Notes under the pieces: generated by a model
Told to the model about the DNA's origin: nothing
The model's input: the letters and a program-made list of their open reading frames with translations, nothing else
Database searches by the model: none
Shown here: in pieces, positions 35,492-46,267 of the stretch
How positions within the stretch are numbered: position 1 is the stretch's first letter
Layout: each line of letters begins with the position of its first letter
Program-made: the position numbers and the translations under genes
Assembly: GCA_016793875.1 (NCBI GenBank)
Contig: JAEULG010000025.1
Span: 1,252-65,251 of the forward strand
Length of the DNA stretch: 64,000 nt
Source of the DNA: Rhodospirillales bacterium
GTDB lineage: Bacteria; Pseudomonadota; Alphaproteobacteria; Rhodospirillales; Defluviicoccaceae
Direction of reading: 5' to 3'

Positions 35492-36664
35492 TCAGATGCC
35501 GATGAAATTGGTGAGCACGGCGAACAGGCCGTCGGCGACGACGATCCAGATGATCCCGGTGACGACTGCGGCGGTTGCCGCCTCGCCGACCGAGGCGGCA
35601 CTGCGACCGCTCTGGATGCCGCGCAGGCAGCCACTGACCGCGATGATGATGCCGAAGATCACGCTCTTGCTGACGCCGATGAGGAAGTCATTGAGGCGCA
35701 GCCAAGCGATCGTCTGCGACCAATATTGCTGCGGCGTGATGTCCAGCATCAGAACGCCGACGAGGAAGCCGCCGAAGATGCCGAGAAGGATCGCGTAGAC
35801 ACACAGCAGCGGCATCATCAGGATCAGCGCCACCGCCCGCGGCAGCACCAGGAAATCGATGGGGTCGATCCCCAGCGTCTTCAGCGCGTCGATCTCCTCG
35901 TTAACCTGCATCGTTCCGAGTTGCGCGGCATAAGCGGCGCCGGTGCGACCGGCCATGATGATGGCTGCCATCATCGCCCCCATCTCGCGGGTCATGCCGA
36001 TCGCGACCAGGTTGGCGACGTAGATCTGAGCGCCGAACATCTGCAGCTGCACCGAGCCCACGAACGCCAGGATGAGGCCGACGAGAATGCTGATCAGGGC
36101 AACGATGGGCAGCGCCTGAGCGCCCGCCTGCTGGATCAGCAGCAGCACGTCGCCGCCGCGCAGTTGCGCCCGGCCGCGCAGCAGCCGGCCCATGCTGAGG
36201 AAGAACTCGCCGATGAAGGAGACGGCATCGCCGATTGCCGCGGCAACGGCTGCCCAGCCCATCCCCACCCGCGCCAGGAACGGCAACCGGTCCGGCGTGC
36301 GGCGGCCGCCGCGCTCGGGCACCGCGGTGGCAAGGCACAACAGCCGGCGGACGCCGTCCGGCAACCCGGCCATGTCGACATCCAGCCCCTTGGCCTTCGC
36401 CGCTTCATGCACTGGCAGCAGGAAGGTGAGGAAGCCGCTGTCCCAGCGCCCCAGGCCGCTTGCATCGATGGTAACGCGCTGGCCGGTCGCCCCTGCATCG
36501 ATCGCACCGGTCACGTCCTGAACATCGGGGAGGCGTTGCCGCAGGATCCAGTCGCCCGCAAACCGAAGGCAGAGGGCACCGTCCTCAGTTGGCTCGACCG
36601 ACACCGTCGGGGGGGTTGCCGCCAGGTCCGTCGGAGTGCCACCAACTACACTTGCGACGTTCAA
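35492..36664 (-). CDS. MlaE-family ABC permease with N-terminal STAS-like domain
   Basis: C-terminal MlaE core (REMGAMMAAIIMAGRTGAAYAAQLGTMQVNEEIDAL). About 130-aa N-terminal anti-sigma-antagonist-like extension. TTG start 7 nt after GGAGG. Confidence 0.85.
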   Translation of the reverse strand: MNVASVVGGTPTDLAATPPTVSVEPTEDGALCLRFAGDWILRQRLPDVQDVTGAIDAGATGQRVTIDASGLGRWDSGFLTFLLPVHEAAKAKGLDVDMAGLPDGVRRLLCLATAVPERGGRRTPDRLPFLARVGMGWAAVAAAIGDAVSFIGEFFLSMGRLLRGRAQLRGGDVLLLIQQAGAQALPIVALISILVGLILAFVGSVQLQMFGAQIYVANLVAIGMTREMGAMMAAIIMAGRTGAAYAAQLGTMQVNEEIDALKTLGIDPIDFLVLPRAVALILMMPLLCVYAILLGIFGGFLVGVLMLDITPQQYWSQTIAWLRLNDFLIGVSKSVIFGIIIAVSGCLRGIQSGRSAASVGEAATAAVVTGIIWIVVADGLFAVLTNFIGI

Positions 36665-36859
36665 CCAGTTTCCTCCCCAGCCGCGTCGGCGAGCTTCCCG
36701 TAACTGCTGCCGTGGGTGCAGTCAATCATCGTCTGCGACGGACAAATCCGGCGGATGTCGATGGCAGGTGCGGTCGCGGCCGGGTATAGACGGTGGTGTG
36801 CGCGTGCCTCCCATGCCTTGGGGTGCGTGCGCTCCAACGACAGAAACGAACCGGACCTC

Positions 36860-37522
36860 GTGGACAACCTCTTTCTGCTGCTGAAGTCGGCGCTTGCCGG
36901 CTTCATCGTCGCCCTCCCCATCGGGGCCATCGGCGCGATGTGCCTGCGCCGTGCGCTGCAGGGACGCTGGATCATTGCGATCACCACCGGCTTCGGCGCC
37001 GCCATGGCCGATACGCTGTTGGCAACTGCGGCGATGCTCGGGCTGACCCTGCTCACCCACTATCTTCTGGAAAACCAGAAGCCGGTGCTGCTGGTCGGCG
37101 GCGCCTTCCTGATCGTCATCGGCGTGCGGATGCTGCTAAAGCGCCGCCCCAAGATCAAGGCAGAGGTGCCTTCGGTGGACCAGGAACTGCGCCGCTGGCG
37201 CGCCTGGCTCGGGGCCCTGGCCACCGGCTTTGCTCTGACCATCATCAATCCAGCAACCCTGCTCGCGTTCGTAGGCGTCTTCGCCGGGCTGGGATTGTTT
37301 CCAGAAACGCCGAACTCTCTGCTGCAGAACTGGATCATCATCGCCGGCGTCTTCGGCGGCTCGATGCTGTGGTGGACTGTCCTGACTGCGATGGCGTTCG
37401 TCGTGCGCGTCCACCTTTCGATGGGGTGGATCGTGGTCCTTAACGTGCTTCTCGGGCTGATGGTCATCGGGTTCGGCGTGGTAAGCTTGCTGTCCAGCTT
37501 TGGTATAAAGCTTGGTTTGTAG
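36860..37522 (+). CDS. LysE/RhtB-family amino-acid or homoserine-lactone exporter
   Basis: About 220 aa from GTG 36860 (VDNLFLLLKSALAGFIVALPIGAIGAMC...), six TM segments. The longer ORF start at 36716 is unlikely for this family. Confidence 0.75.
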   Translation: MDNLFLLLKSALAGFIVALPIGAIGAMCLRRALQGRWIIAITTGFGAAMADTLLATAAMLGLTLLTHYLLENQKPVLLVGGAFLIVIGVRMLLKRRPKIKAEVPSVDQELRRWRAWLGALATGFALTIINPATLLAFVGVFAGLGLFPETPNSLLQNWIIIAGVFGGSMLWWTVLTAMAFVVRVHLSMGWIVVLNVLLGLMVIGFGVVSLLSSFGIKLGL

Positions 37523-37672
37523 TTCTATTACGACAGCAGTATGATCCAAAGGCCGATTTGAATCGTACCTACGTCGCGGAGCTCGGGCAGGCCGCAACAA
37601 GCTCCATGGCATGTCCGTTAACAAAGCAGGCATCTCCGTACGGCAACACTGACCCGGGAACGACGCAAAAGA

Positions 37673-39031
37673 ATGCCTCGCGACATGACCACCTCGGCGC
37701 GGACGCTCGACGTTGCCGTCATCGGCTCCGGCATCTCGGGGATGGCGGCGGCTTGGCTGCTGGCCGGGCGGCACCGCGTCACCGTCTACGAGCAGTTCGA
37801 CCGCATCGGCGGCCATGTCAACACGGTCAATGTGGAAGGACCGGATGGCCCCATTGCCGTCGATGCCGGCTTCACCGTCTTCAACGAGATCAATTATCCT
37901 AACTTCGCGGCGCTGTTGCGCCACCTTGGCGTTGCAACACGCTCCACCCGCCTGTCGATCGCCGCCTCGATCGAGGATGGCGCCATCGAGTACGCGATGC
38001 CTTGCATCGCCCGCATGTTTGGACGCCCGGCCAATCTGCTGCGGATCGGCTTCTGGCGGATGCTACGGGATATTCGCCGCTTCCATCGCCGCACGCGGGC
38101 GTTGCTTACCCAGGCAGGTGCCGATGATTTGACATTAGGCAATTATCTTTCCAACAGCGGCTACTCAGACGAGTTCATCGAGCATCACCTCCTGCCGGTA
38201 GCGGCCACCATCTGGGCGACCGCACCGGGCGAGATGCGCAGCCACCCGGCCATCGACTTCGTCCGTTTTGCTTCCAGTCACGGCTTCCTGCCGATGAGTG
38301 GGCGCCGCCGCAAGTGGCGTACGATCGATGGCGGCAGCCACACGTACATGAGCCGCCTGGTGGCATCGCTCGCCGGACGTATCCGCACGCGCTGCGCCGT
38401 CGTCCAAGTGCGCCGCCATCCCGAGGCCGTCATGGTGACGGATGAGGACGGCGAGAGCCGCCGCTACGATCATGTCGTTATCGCCGCCCATGCCGATGAG
38501 ACGGTGGCGATGCTGGGCGATGCCAGCTTCGATGAGCGCCGGCTGCTGGGTGCCTTCACCTACAGCAGCAATCGCGCGGTGCTCCACCGCGATGTGCGGC
38601 TCATGCCGCGCCACCGGCGCCTGTGGTCAAGCTGGAATTACGTCAGCGGCCGCGACACCCGCCGCCAGCGTCAGCGCGTTTGTCTTACCTACTGGCTGAA
38701 CGCCCTGAGCGCCGTCGACCCCCGCGTACCCCTTTTCCTCACCCTCAATCCGCACCGCGAACCCGATCCCGCGCTCGTCGAATCCACCTTCTACTACGAC
38801 CATCCCAGCTTCCATCCCGCGGCGCTGCGTGCGCAGCGGGAACTGCCCATGCTGCAAGGCATTCGCAACACATGGTATTGTGGCAGCTACTTCGGGAACG
38901 GCCTGCACGAGGACGCGCTGGTCTCGGGGCTGGCGGTCGGTGAGGCTCTCGGCGGGATCCGGCGGCCGTGGACGACGGCAGCCGCGGCGGAGCCGCTGGG
39001 AAGGTTGAGGGTGCACCGACAGCGCGGCTGA
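37673..39031 (+). CDS. NAD(P)/FAD-dependent oxidoreductase (amine-oxidase-like fold)
   Basis: VAVIGSGISGMAAAWLL...VTVYEQFDRIGGH dinucleotide motif. 452 aa. Confidence 0.8.
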   Translation: MPRDMTTSARTLDVAVIGSGISGMAAAWLLAGRHRVTVYEQFDRIGGHVNTVNVEGPDGPIAVDAGFTVFNEINYPNFAALLRHLGVATRSTRLSIAASIEDGAIEYAMPCIARMFGRPANLLRIGFWRMLRDIRRFHRRTRALLTQAGADDLTLGNYLSNSGYSDEFIEHHLLPVAATIWATAPGEMRSHPAIDFVRFASSHGFLPMSGRRRKWRTIDGGSHTYMSRLVASLAGRIRTRCAVVQVRRHPEAVMVTDEDGESRRYDHVVIAAHADETVAMLGDASFDERRLLGAFTYSSNRAVLHRDVRLMPRHRRLWSSWNYVSGRDTRRQRQRVCLTYWLNALSAVDPRVPLFLTLNPHREPDPALVESTFYYDHPSFHPAALRAQRELPMLQGIRNTWYCGSYFGNGLHEDALVSGLAVGEALGGIRRPWTTAAAAEPLGRLRVHRQRG

Positions 39032-39181
39032 CTGCCGATTCGGCCTGGATCTTGCCGAGCGGCGCGCTCGTGTAGGTCGACAGCGGCATTTTTGTCGCCG
39101 GCAGTTCGTCCCAGTCGGCGCTCCTGCCGGCGAGGGTGTCCCGGCAGCACCATGGCAGGGACCGACCCGCAGATCCGCGGC

Positions 39182-39406
39182 TCAGATCTGCACTTCCCAC
39201 CGATGGTAGCCGTTGCTGTCTGTGCCGGGGCAGGGATTCGTCGCCCCACCGGCGGCGGCGCCGCAACGGACACAGAACACGATGCCGCCGTTTGGCTCGG
39301 TGGTGACCCACTGGTGCTGGCCGTTGCTGTCGGTGCCGAGGCAGGGATTGACCGGCGCTCCCACCAAACAGCCGCAGCAGGCGCAATAGGTAACCTTGCT
39401 CATCAT
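39182..39406 (-). CDS. 74-aa Cys-rich protein built from two copies of a Cx2C...NPCxGTDSNGxHxW module; function unknown
   Basis: MMSKVTYCACCGCLVGAPVNPCLGTDSNGQHQWVTTEPNGGIVFCVRCGAAAGGATNPCPGTDSNGYHRWEVQI. GGAGGG lies directly upstream of the tandem ATGs. The ORF track extends it to 39508 across the tRNA, which is impossible. Confidence 0.55.
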   Translation of the reverse strand: MMSKVTYCACCGCLVGAPVNPCLGTDSNGQHQWVTTEPNGGIVFCVRCGAAAGGATNPCPGTDSNGYHRWEVQI

Positions 39407-39478
39407 CCCTCCGCTTGATCGTTCGCGACGATAACCGCCGCGTCTCGATCGGGTTCCACAGGCGACCCATGGCGAGGA

Positions 39479-39554
39479 TGGTGGGCCCGGCAGGACTCGA
39501 ACCTGCAACCAGACCGTTATGAGCGGCCGGCTCTGACCATTGAGCTACGGGCCC
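39479..39554 (-). tRNA. tRNA with anticodon CAT (elongator Met or lysidine-type Ile2), CCA encoded
   Basis: The reverse complement folds as GGGCCCG-TA-GCTC-AATGGTCA-GAGC-C-GGCCG-CTCATAA-CGGTC-TGGTT-GCAGG-TTCGAGT-CCTGC-CGGGCCC-A-CCA (76 nt). A G1:C72 pair excludes the initiator. Confidence 0.9.
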
Positions 39555-39795
39555 GACGGGGGCCCGCCATCATAGCGCGCTTCGCGCCCGGTGCGAGCAC
39601 CCTTGCTCGCGGTGCCCCGGCAAGATATCCGGGCATCGCGACCTCGGCTCAGCGGCCAGCGCTCCTGTCGCGCGCGCTCGCCCGTGCAGTTCCGCGACCT
39701 CGGGGGTCACAGCGCCGCGCCGGCGGCCTCGTGCCGCTGCTCGGCCCCGGATTTCGGGCCCCGTTCGACCGTTTCACCCCCCCGGCCATGCCCCT

Positions 39796-41181
39796 TCAGG
39801 CCGGGCGCAGAATTTGCAGCAGCCTGGTGAACGGCGCGGCGTCCCGCGCCAGGCCGAGCGACGTCGAGAAGTGACCGGCGGGGGCGCGGAAGACGTTCTC
39901 CGCCGGCAGCTTCCACGCCTCCACCAGGGCTTCGCCGCCGGCGGTCAGCGTGACGTCGTCGCTGCGGCCGACGACGACGACGATGCGCGCCGGGTCCACC
40001 GCCGGCTCGGCGAGCGGGTCGAGCAAGGGGCGCCAGCGATTGATCTCGGCCACCGACCAGCCGCCGGCGCGAATGGCCCGGGGCACCCCCAGCTCGCGGG
40101 TGAGGCTGCCCTCGAAGGTCACCGCCAGCAGCGAATGCGACGGAGCCACCAGGAACAGCGCGTCGGGCCGCATCTCGGCCGGCCAGTGGCGCGCTACCAC
40201 CGCGGCGAGCTGTGCCGTGAGCGCCCCAAGGCTGACGCCGCCGAGGCACACCGGGCCGCCGCGGGTGGCCCGTGCCCAGGCCACCAGCCGGCCGAGCTCG
40301 ATCACGTGGGCGTGGAAATAGTCGAGCAGGCCTCCCGGTCCGCCGGCAAAGATCGGCTCGCCGCCATAGGTCCCGGGCACACGTCGGCGGCCGTGCCAGG
40401 GCCCCTCTGGACGAATCACCCGGATGCCGGCCCCCAGCAGCCCGGCCAGCGAGTGGCGGGTCGCCCCGGTGAATTCGGTCTCCATGGCAATGCCGTGGGT
40501 GAACACCAGCGACGGGCCGCGCGGCGGGCCGGCCCCGTCCGTGGCCAGCGGTGCGGCGACGCGCGCCCACGCTGGCCCCGGGGCCACCGGCGTTGGTGCC
40601 GGGAAGCGCAGCCAGCCTTCGACGCCGAGGGATGAGAGGAAACCCCGCGAGACCTCGATATCGGCGAGGTTGAAAGCGTCGGCGAAGGCCTCATCGGGAC
40701 GGTCGAGCCGGCCCGCATGCCGCTGCGCGACCTGCTCGGGCGCCTCGATGTGCCAGGCCACCGCCGGCAGCGGCGAACGCACATGAAGTGGCACCAGGGC
40801 GCCGCGCAGGTTGCCGAGCGCCATGGCGGCGCGCAGCCGCGCTGCCTCGAAGGAGGTGTGGGCGGGACCATTGCCAAAGAAGGCAGCTTCCCAGGCGGTA
40901 TCGGCGGTGACCAGCGCCGCCTTGCGTTCCTCCACCCGCGCCAGGATTCCCGGCAGCAGGCGGCGGGCGAAGGGTCCGCAGGGAATCGCCTCCATGAACC
41001 GCTCGGGCGAGCCGGCCGCCGCCATCGCCGCCGCCCAACCCCGCGACAGCGGAAAATACCACTGCGTCAGCATCCGCAGGGCGGCCGCATCGAACCATGG
41101 CAGCATTAGCAGCCCGCCGCTGGCGCGGCGGATCACGCGTGCGAAGCCCTCCCGCGCGAAGCGCGGACGGCGCGGTGGCAT
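39796..41181 (-). CDS. Alpha/beta hydrolase with about 200-aa N-terminal extension
   Basis: Nucleophile elbow GVSLGA and a preceding HG-type segment (LVFTHGIAME). 461 aa. No specific family recognised. Confidence 0.7.
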   Translation of the reverse strand: MPPRRPRFAREGFARVIRRASGGLLMLPWFDAAALRMLTQWYFPLSRGWAAAMAAAGSPERFMEAIPCGPFARRLLPGILARVEERKAALVTADTAWEAAFFGNGPAHTSFEAARLRAAMALGNLRGALVPLHVRSPLPAVAWHIEAPEQVAQRHAGRLDRPDEAFADAFNLADIEVSRGFLSSLGVEGWLRFPAPTPVAPGPAWARVAAPLATDGAGPPRGPSLVFTHGIAMETEFTGATRHSLAGLLGAGIRVIRPEGPWHGRRRVPGTYGGEPIFAGGPGGLLDYFHAHVIELGRLVAWARATRGGPVCLGGVSLGALTAQLAAVVARHWPAEMRPDALFLVAPSHSLLAVTFEGSLTRELGVPRAIRAGGWSVAEINRWRPLLDPLAEPAVDPARIVVVVGRSDDVTLTAGGEALVEAWKLPAENVFRAPAGHFSTSLGLARDAAPFTRLLQILRPA

Positions 41182-41218
41182 AGCGGTGGCTGCGCCGGAC
41201 GCGAGGCGGGCAAGCCGC

Positions 41219-43300
<2,082 letters not shown>

Positions 43301-43746
43301 TCGGTTCCTCGCTACAATTGCACGCAGCCATCCGCCGGGGTCACCCACCCCTGCGGCGCGACCGGGCAGATGCTCTGCCGGCATTAGGATTTTCCGGCCG
43401 GACAGGAGTTGCGGCGCACGCCGCCCTCCTGATCACGGCAGCGGAATGCGTCACGACAACGCGAAGCCTGGGCCTTCGCGTTTCGCCATAAACCGCCACT
43501 CATGCTCACGCTGAGATGCCGCGGCAAGGAATCAACATCGCATCTCCCGTCGCATGCTGTCCCGCAACCTGGAATACGACAATAAATCCATGGCGCAGGC
43601 CGGACGGGGCCGAACCCGATGCACCACCGCAGTTGGTCAGGTAGCGCCGGCCCTCCGGCTCGTCAAGAGCACGGCGGCAACAGATGTGCGCTTCGTGCAC
43701 TTTGGCCTTTGGCAGGGCAACAGGGTCACACGCCAAGCGCCGGCAT

Positions 43747-45543
43747 TCAGCCACTCTCTTTTTCGGCTGCCAGCGTCGCGCGGATCAGTGCCCGGCGCCG
43801 CTCCCATGCCTCCGCCGACAGATCGGCGGCGGGCTCCCGCGCCAGTTCCTGCTTGAGCAACAGCTTGTGCAGCAGCGCAATCTCCGCCGCCCACGCCGCC
43901 TCCGCCTCCTGCTCTGCCGGCGCGGCGGGCAACTCGCCGATGACACGGTCGAGGACGCTGCCGAGACCGCGACGCCGAACCTCCTCCTGCACCGTCGCGG
44001 CATCCGCATCACCGAGGGTGGCGTGCAGCACCAGCAGCAGTTGCCGCAACTGGTCCAGCGCCGCATCGGCGAAGGCGAGCCGGCCCAAGTCTTCCTCGTG
44101 GCGGTCCAGGAGGCGTGGTGATCCGGCCGCAAGTGCGCACAGCGTCAGTTCCGCCCGCGTCCGCCGGTCCGTTGGCGCTGTCCAGACGCGCTTGGACTCG
44201 TCCACGATGGCGGATCTCCCGGCCTGCGGCCGGGAAGCGCCGGCAGACCTGTCGCGGCCGGCCTTGCCGGACCGGAAGCGCGCCGCCTGCCAGAGGCGGT
44301 CGCGAAAGGCGCGGTCGAAGTGGGCCCGCACGGCAGCATCGGCAATCAGGCCGGTGCGCTGGCGCAGCCTCGCCTCGACCGCCGCCCGCTCTTCGGGCGG
44401 CACGTGCAGGCGGCCGCGGTTCTCGATGCGGAAGAGGAAGTCGGACAGCGGCGCCGCCTCCTGCAGCGTCCGGTGCAGCATCTGCTTCGGCCAGCGGGCG
44501 GCGATGCGGTCGGGATCATCGGCGGTATCCACCCGCAGCAGCGCCATCCGCAGGCCGAAACCGGGCTTCAGCAGCGGTAGTGCCCTTTCGGCGGCGCGAA
44601 GGGCGGCGCGCTCGCCGGCGGCATCGGGATCGAACAGCAGGACCGGCTCCGGCACCAGCGACCACAGCGCGCGCAGATGATCCTCGGTCAGCGCCGTGCC
44701 CAGTGGCGCCACCACGTGCCGCCAGCCGGCCTCGGCGAGGCCGATCACATCCATGTAGCCTTCGACGACGATGATCGTCTGGGCGGTGCGGGCGGCTTCC
44801 GCCGCCCGATCGATACCGTAGAGCAGCCGGCCCTTGTGGAAGAGGGGCGTTTCCGGCGTGTTCAGATACTTGGGCTCGCCCGGTCCCATCAGCCGGCCAC
44901 CGAAGCCGCGAATGCGGCCCCGCTGATCGGCAATCGGAAAGATCACCCGGCCGCGGAACCGGTCATAGGCGCCGCGCCGGCCGTCTTCCGGCTGGACCAA
45001 AAGCCCCACCTCCAGCAGCGCCGCTTCGTCGATCCCCTCGCGCGCCAGTGCCGACTTCAGCGCTTGGCCGCTGTCCGGCGCGAAGCCCAGGCGCCAGCCG
45101 TCGATCGCCGCGTCGGCCAGCCCCCTGCCCTGCAGATAGGACAGCGCCGGCCTGCCTTCCGGCATCCGCAGCATCTGGCAGTAGTAGCGGCTCGCCGCTC
45201 CCAGCAGGTCGACCAGCCGGCCCCGCCGCCGGTCGGCCGCCTGCTCCTGCGGCGTCGGCTGCGGCAGCGCGAGGCCGGCCAGGACGGCGAGGCGCTCCAC
45301 CGCCTCTCGGAAGCCGACCTTGTCCGCCTGCATGACGAAGTCGATGATCGAGCCGTGAGCGCCGCAGCCGAAGCAGTGGTAGTGGTCGTCCCAAACGTGG
45401 AAAGACGGCGTCTTCTCGCCGTGAAACGGGCACAGGCCCTGGTACTGGCGGCCGCGGCGGATCAGCCGGACGTGCTTGCCGATGACCTCGGCAAGGCTGA
45501 CGCGGGCCTTCAGCTCGTCGAGGAACCCCTGCGGCAGGCTCAC
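43747..45543 (-). CDS. dnaG: DNA primase
   Basis: Zinc finger CPFHGEKTPSFHV...CFGCGAHG. TOPRIM region (IIVVEGYMDV). GTG start. Confidence 0.95.
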   Translation of the reverse strand: MSLPQGFLDELKARVSLAEVIGKHVRLIRRGRQYQGLCPFHGEKTPSFHVWDDHYHCFGCGAHGSIIDFVMQADKVGFREAVERLAVLAGLALPQPTPQEQAADRRRGRLVDLLGAASRYYCQMLRMPEGRPALSYLQGRGLADAAIDGWRLGFAPDSGQALKSALAREGIDEAALLEVGLLVQPEDGRRGAYDRFRGRVIFPIADQRGRIRGFGGRLMGPGEPKYLNTPETPLFHKGRLLYGIDRAAEAARTAQTIIVVEGYMDVIGLAEAGWRHVVAPLGTALTEDHLRALWSLVPEPVLLFDPDAAGERAALRAAERALPLLKPGFGLRMALLRVDTADDPDRIAARWPKQMLHRTLQEAAPLSDFLFRIENRGRLHVPPEERAAVEARLRQRTGLIADAAVRAHFDRAFRDRLWQAARFRSGKAGRDRSAGASRPQAGRSAIVDESKRVWTAPTDRRTRAELTLCALAAGSPRLLDRHEEDLGRLAFADAALDQLRQLLLVLHATLGDADAATVQEEVRRRGLGSVLDRVIGELPAAPAEQEAEAAWAAEIALLHKLLLKQELAREPAADLSAEAWERRRALIRATLAAEKESG

Positions 45544-45607
45544 GCCAGCGCCGCGCGCCCGCCTGCTTCGCGCCTCCCCCCGGCTCCGGCGGCAGGCTGG
45601 CCTGTCC

Positions 45608-46063
45608 TCACGACAGCCGTGCCTTCACCAGCGCACCGGCGCGGGCGAAATCCATCTGGCCGGGGAAACGCTCCTTCAGCAGCGCCATGACCCGGCCCAT
45701 TTCCTTCAGCGTCGTGGCGTTAACCTCGGCGATCGCCGCCGCCACCGCCTGCTCGACCGCCGCCTCGTCCATCAGCGGTGGCAGAAAGTCCTCGATGACT
45801 TCTATCTCGGCGGCCTCACGCCGCGCCAGATCGTTGCGGCCGCCTTCCTCGTAGAGGCGGATGCTCTCGTGACGCTGCTTGATCATCGAGCGCAGCATCG
45901 CGAGGATCTGCTCGTCGCTGAGACCGTTGCTGTTGCCCTTGCCGCGCTCGGCAATGTCACGGTCCTTCAGAGCGGCGAGGATCAGCCGCATCGTCGACGT
46001 AGCGCATTCGTCGCGGGCGCGCATTGCCTGTTTTAGGCCCTCGTCGAGACGTGTCCGCAGCAT
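45608..46063 (-). CDS. GatB/YqeY domain protein
   Basis: Start MLRTRLDEGLKQAMRARD... Family-typical 151 aa and usual position upstream of dnaG. Confidence 0.85.
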   Translation of the reverse strand: MLRTRLDEGLKQAMRARDECATSTMRLILAALKDRDIAERGKGNSNGLSDEQILAMLRSMIKQRHESIRLYEEGGRNDLARREAAEIEVIEDFLPPLMDEAAVEQAVAAAIAEVNATTLKEMGRVMALLKERFPGQMDFARAGALVKARLS

Positions 46064-46267
46064 GGGTGCTCCCGATCGGTTGCCAGCAGGCCAGTGTAAG
46101 GCACTGCGACCGCTGCCGTCACCGGCAAAAAAACCTAGTAAAACCAATGTATTCTTTATCTATTGGTTGACGCGGGGGACCGCGGTCGCATATTTGACGC
46201 GGGAGGTAGTGGCGGAGTGCGATCAGCCCTACCGATCCCGGGGCATCGCGACGACAGGAGACCGCCC

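Noticed and set aside
38745-39470. 241-aa and 128-aa minus-strand ORFs spanning the oxidoreductase 3' end and the Cys-rich gene
   Set aside because: They overlap a well-supported plus-strand gene and the better-supported small ORF in another frame, and their composition is shadow-like.
39407-39795. Integrase, att-site duplication or other mobile-element signature around the tRNA gene
   Set aside because: I found no recombinase ORF and no direct repeat of the tRNA 3' end in the flanks. An island hypothesis is therefore unsupported from this window.
43506-43754. 82-aa minus-strand ORF between dnaG and rpoD
   Set aside because: It overlaps the dnaG stop, has no SD and no family resemblance. 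The dnaG-rpoD spacer is normally non-coding promoter DNA.
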